64,000 nucleotides of DNA from a bacterium. Lineage in GTDB: Bacteria > Patescibacteriota > Saccharimonadia > Saccharimonadales > SZUA-47. Below are positions 62,528 to 64,000 of this stretch, piece after piece. The position numbers were made by a program, and so were the translations under genes. Under the pieces are notes generated by a model, which was not told the origin of the DNA, made no database searches, and saw only the letters and a program-made list of their open reading frames with translations. Each line of letters starts with the position of its first letter. The first letter of the stretch is position 1. Location of the stretch: NCBI GenBank assembly GCA_043753565.1, contig JAYUWM010000074.1:25273-89272 (forward strand), read 5' to 3'.

Positions 62528-62603
62528 GAACTCATTGCAAGCAGGATTCGAACCTACGTTTACCCTAACGGGCCGTCCTAAGCCACTAGACTATTGCGAG
62601 TTC
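62528..62603 (-). ncRNA. tRNA-like module lacking an anticodon loop (Y-RNA/YrlA-like architecture?)
   Basis: D-arm GUCU-AGUGGCUUA-GGAC and canonical T-arm GUAGG-UUCGAAU-CCUGC. The anticodon arm is replaced by GCCC-GUUA-GGGU. Extended 10-bp closing helix GAACUCGCAA/UUGC(AAU)GAGUUC, with no CCA. Confidence 0.55.
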
Positions 62604-62653
62604 TTTGGGTCATGACTCCCAAATCTGGTTAAAGGGTAATTAATCCTCGTGAC

Positions 62654-62765
62654 CATATTTAACAACACTTTAAAGCTACTAGTACACTGTACCGTTACGC
62701 TCCACGCGCGGAGAGTATAATGTTAAGCACCAATCACTCATGAATGATAAATGTTGTTAAATATG
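62654..62765 (-). ncRNA. CCAUAU-type long hairpin H6
   Basis: 14-bp arms catatttaacaaca/tgttgttaaatatg. Confidence 0.6.
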
Positions 62766-62863
62766 ATTAGAGTTAGTTACTTGATGGTACTTAGCACCGT
62801 CTATTACTTAGTATAGGGCACAACTTAACTGCCCGGACGTATTGTCGTTTCACCGAACTCTGA

Positions 62864-62964
62864 CCATATTTAAGTAATCTAATCTTACTATAGTTGGCGC
62901 TATAGATTCGCAACTCGTCAAAGTTACCGGGCTAGTAATTGCCCGTTAAATTACTTAAATATGG
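62864..62964 (-). ncRNA. CCAUAU-type long hairpin H7
   Basis: 15-bp arms ccatatttaagtaat/attacttaaatatgg; two internal hairpins. The arm overlaps the CCA of tRNA-Lys. Confidence 0.6.
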
Positions 62965-63035
62965 TGGGACTGCTAGGTATCGCGCCTAGTTTTACTGGTT
63001 AAAAGCCAGTTACTTCACTTTAAAGTTTCAATCCC
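62962..63035 (-). tRNA. tRNA-Lys(UUU), divergent
   Basis: Acceptor GGGATTG/CAGTCCC, anticodon loop CUUUUAA. T-loop is CGCGAUA and the D-loop lacks GG. Confidence 0.75.
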
Positions 63036-63119
63036 ATTAAATATCCCAACCTTCGCGGTTGAGTGCACCTCGAGTAGCCCTGTAAGGCTTCTGGTGACTA
63101 CCCGCGCTTCTTTTTCTAG

Positions 63120-63153
63120 CTAGTGCCGCAAAGGGGGGGTTTCGCGGCACTAG
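63120..63153. other. strong hairpin with G7 loop
   Basis: ctagtgccgc-aaa-ggggggg-ttt(c)-gcggcactag. A T-rich tract follows on the + strand only. Confidence 0.6.
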
Positions 63154-63158
63154 CGTTT

Positions 63159-63190
63159 GTTTTCGTGTTTTCGTGTTTTCATGTTTTCAT
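63159..63190. repeat. octamer tandem repeat (GTTTTCGT)x2(GTTTTCAT)x2
   Basis: Four contiguous 8-bp units between the hairpin and the stop codon at 63192. Confidence 0.85.
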
Positions 63191-63191
63191 G

Positions 63192-63365
63192 TTAATTATA
63201 TGGTCCGGTGTACACTGGTTTTTCTACTACCCATGTAGGGATATATTGCTGCTGGAAAGGCATACCTGGGTATTCGTGCGTTACACTAGGTTGACCAAAT
63301 GTAACTGTACACTCTTTTGTTTGATCCATTTGCTCTAGCATAGCAATAGCTTCATGAATTTTCAT
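63192..63365 (-). CDS. small hypothetical protein (57 aa)
   Basis: MKIHEAIAMLEQMDQTKECT... Below the ORF-track cutoff; lies 2 nt after the upstream small ORF. Confidence 0.45.
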   Translation of the reverse strand: MKIHEAIAMLEQMDQTKECTVTFGQPSVTHEYPGMPFQQQYIPTWVVEKPVYTGPYN

Positions 63366-63367
63366 AA

Positions 63368-63496
63368 TTAACTCTTTCTAGGCTGATTAGTGTACTGCTC
63401 ATAGTTGGCAGCTTCGTGCCACTGAGCAAATGGAATAACTACGGGGACTGCTGTAAGTGGCAGGCCCCCAAATCCTTGAAATTGAAAGGCTGTCAT
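63368..63496 (-). CDS. small hypothetical protein (42 aa)
   Basis: ATG 63496 after AGAAAGAG; a promoter is directly upstream. Confidence 0.4.
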   Translation of the reverse strand: MTAFQFQGFGGLPLTAVPVVIPFAQWHEAANYEQYTNQPRKS

Positions 63497-63521
63497 GTTT
63501 ACTCTTTCTGTTTAAGTATTA

Positions 63522-63550
63522 ATTATACAGCGAAACAGCTAGCCATTCAA
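63522..63550 (-). promoter_or_regulatory. early-type promoter TTGAAT-17-TATAATTAAT
   Basis: -35 at 63550-63545, -10 at 63527-63522. Confidence 0.6.
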
Positions 63551-63551
63551 G

Positions 63552-63686
63552 TTAATAATCTTCGCGGTATGGGATACCTTGCGCTTTACAAAACATCTTT
63601 TTTAGCCATAGAAGCAAGGCATCACTACGAGCACGTTTCATAGATGATAGGTAAGACTTGTATGTAGGTGTGTATAGTTTTTTCAT
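63552..63686 (-). CDS. small hypothetical protein (44 aa)
   Basis: ATG 63686 lies 4 nt after the tRNA-Thr 3' end; basic peptide. Confidence 0.3.
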   Translation of the reverse strand: MKKLYTPTYKSYLSSMKRARSDALLLWLKKMFCKAQGIPYREDY

Positions 63687-63690
63687 AATG

Positions 63691-63766
63691 TGGAGCTATT
63701 TGTTGGACTTGAACCAACGACCTTACCCATACCAAGGGCAAATTCTACCAACTGAACTAAAATAGC
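63691..63766 (-). tRNA. tRNA-Thr(GGU)
   Basis: Acceptor GCTATTT/AAATAGC, anticodon loop UUGGUAU, T-loop UUCAAGU, CCA encoded. Confidence 0.9.
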
Positions 63767-63876
63767 ATATGTTAACACTAACTTGGCTTCTAAGGGCTTA
63801 TAACAATTAAAGGGCTAGGACCCCCACGTAATTGTAATACCTAACTTTCCTAGAGAAAGGCGTAGTGCTAACATAT
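63767..63876 (-). ncRNA. CCAUAU-type long hairpin H8
   Basis: 13-bp arms atatgttaacact/agtgctaacatat (one A.C mismatch). The 3' arm abuts G1 of tRNA-Thr(GGU). Confidence 0.5.
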
Positions 63877-64000
63877 ATTATTCTGCGTACCATCGTGCAG
63901 CTATCTAACAGTATACAAGGTGCGACCATGTATGGATAGGGGGTGAGAACTTATTTGCTTCACTCAGTCTAGACACAGTGCTACTAGCAGGCAATAAAAA

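Noticed and set aside
62654-62765. Hairpin H6 arms contain ATTTAAC...GTTAAAT, matching the integron attC core consensus (RYYYAAC...GTTRRRY).
   Set aside because: Only this one of the eight hairpins fits the consensus. No integrase or attI is present in the window. The match is short and AT-rich, so coincidence is likely.
62766-62863. Possible degenerate tRNA-Leu: anticodon-arm-like GGGCA-GUUAAGU-UGCCC and a downstream ...GUACCA.
   Set aside because: No T-arm and no complementary acceptor strand can be formed. It is kept only as a structured spacer within the hairpin-cluster finding.
63123-63338. 71-aa + strand ORF.
   Set aside because: It begins inside the G7 hairpin and octamer repeats. 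The minus strand here carries a better-supported promoter-proximal 57-aa ORF (63192..63365).
52313-63766. Search for an amber-suppressor tRNA (anticodon CUA) that could rescue the HNH TAG.
   Set aside because: I read the anticodon loops of all 22 tRNAs and both tRNA-like RNAs, and none has CUA. The array may continue beyond the window, so this is unresolved rather than excluded.

Overview
The window is a slice of an AT-rich tailed-phage genome whose gene content looks T5-like (judged from motifs read by eye; no database search was possible). From 1 to 28.2 kb on the + strand lie late genes: a 1906-aa tape measure protein, tail-tip proteins, several fibre or adhesin genes, a spanin/holin/endolysin lysis cassette and PhoH. 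These are driven by consensus TTGACA-17-TATAAT promoters and closed by hairpin terminators. A visibly GC-rich island (about 10.9-18.36 kb) carries a 14-repeat BspA-like LRR adhesin. It also holds a four-gene cassette bracketed by a duplicated 98-bp terminator-promoter module. From 28.3 to 52.2 kb on the - strand lies a replication and nucleotide-metabolism module. It includes a class II RNR, dUTPase, flap endonuclease, SbcCD-like nuclease, Pol A, primase, a DnaB-like helicase, a two-piece NAD-dependent ligase, an Rnl2-like RNA ligase and a glutaredoxin. Many small genes here are coupled by ATGA overlaps. This module contains a group I intron with a LAGLIDADG endonuclease ORF that splits the Walker A codons of an SF2 helicase. 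It also contains an HNH endonuclease ORF with one in-frame amber codon. From 52.3 to 64 kb on the - strand lies an early accessory region with 22 tRNA genes (all encode CCA), two tRNA-like RNAs without a usable anticodon arm, repeated TTGAnn-17-TATAAT(TAAT) promoters, and small ORFs, including a ClpP-like protease. The most unusual signal is a family of at least 8 long hairpins (12-18 bp stems). Their bases share the motif CCAUAU(U/G)U...A(A/C)AUAUGG and reuse the CCA end of one tRNA and the G1 or ATG of the next gene. The stems covary, and the 63-95 nt interiors are unrelated and ORF-free. A promoter-driven, ORF-poor 1.3-kb segment lies in the same region. All coordinates and structures were derived by hand from the sequence and need computational confirmation.
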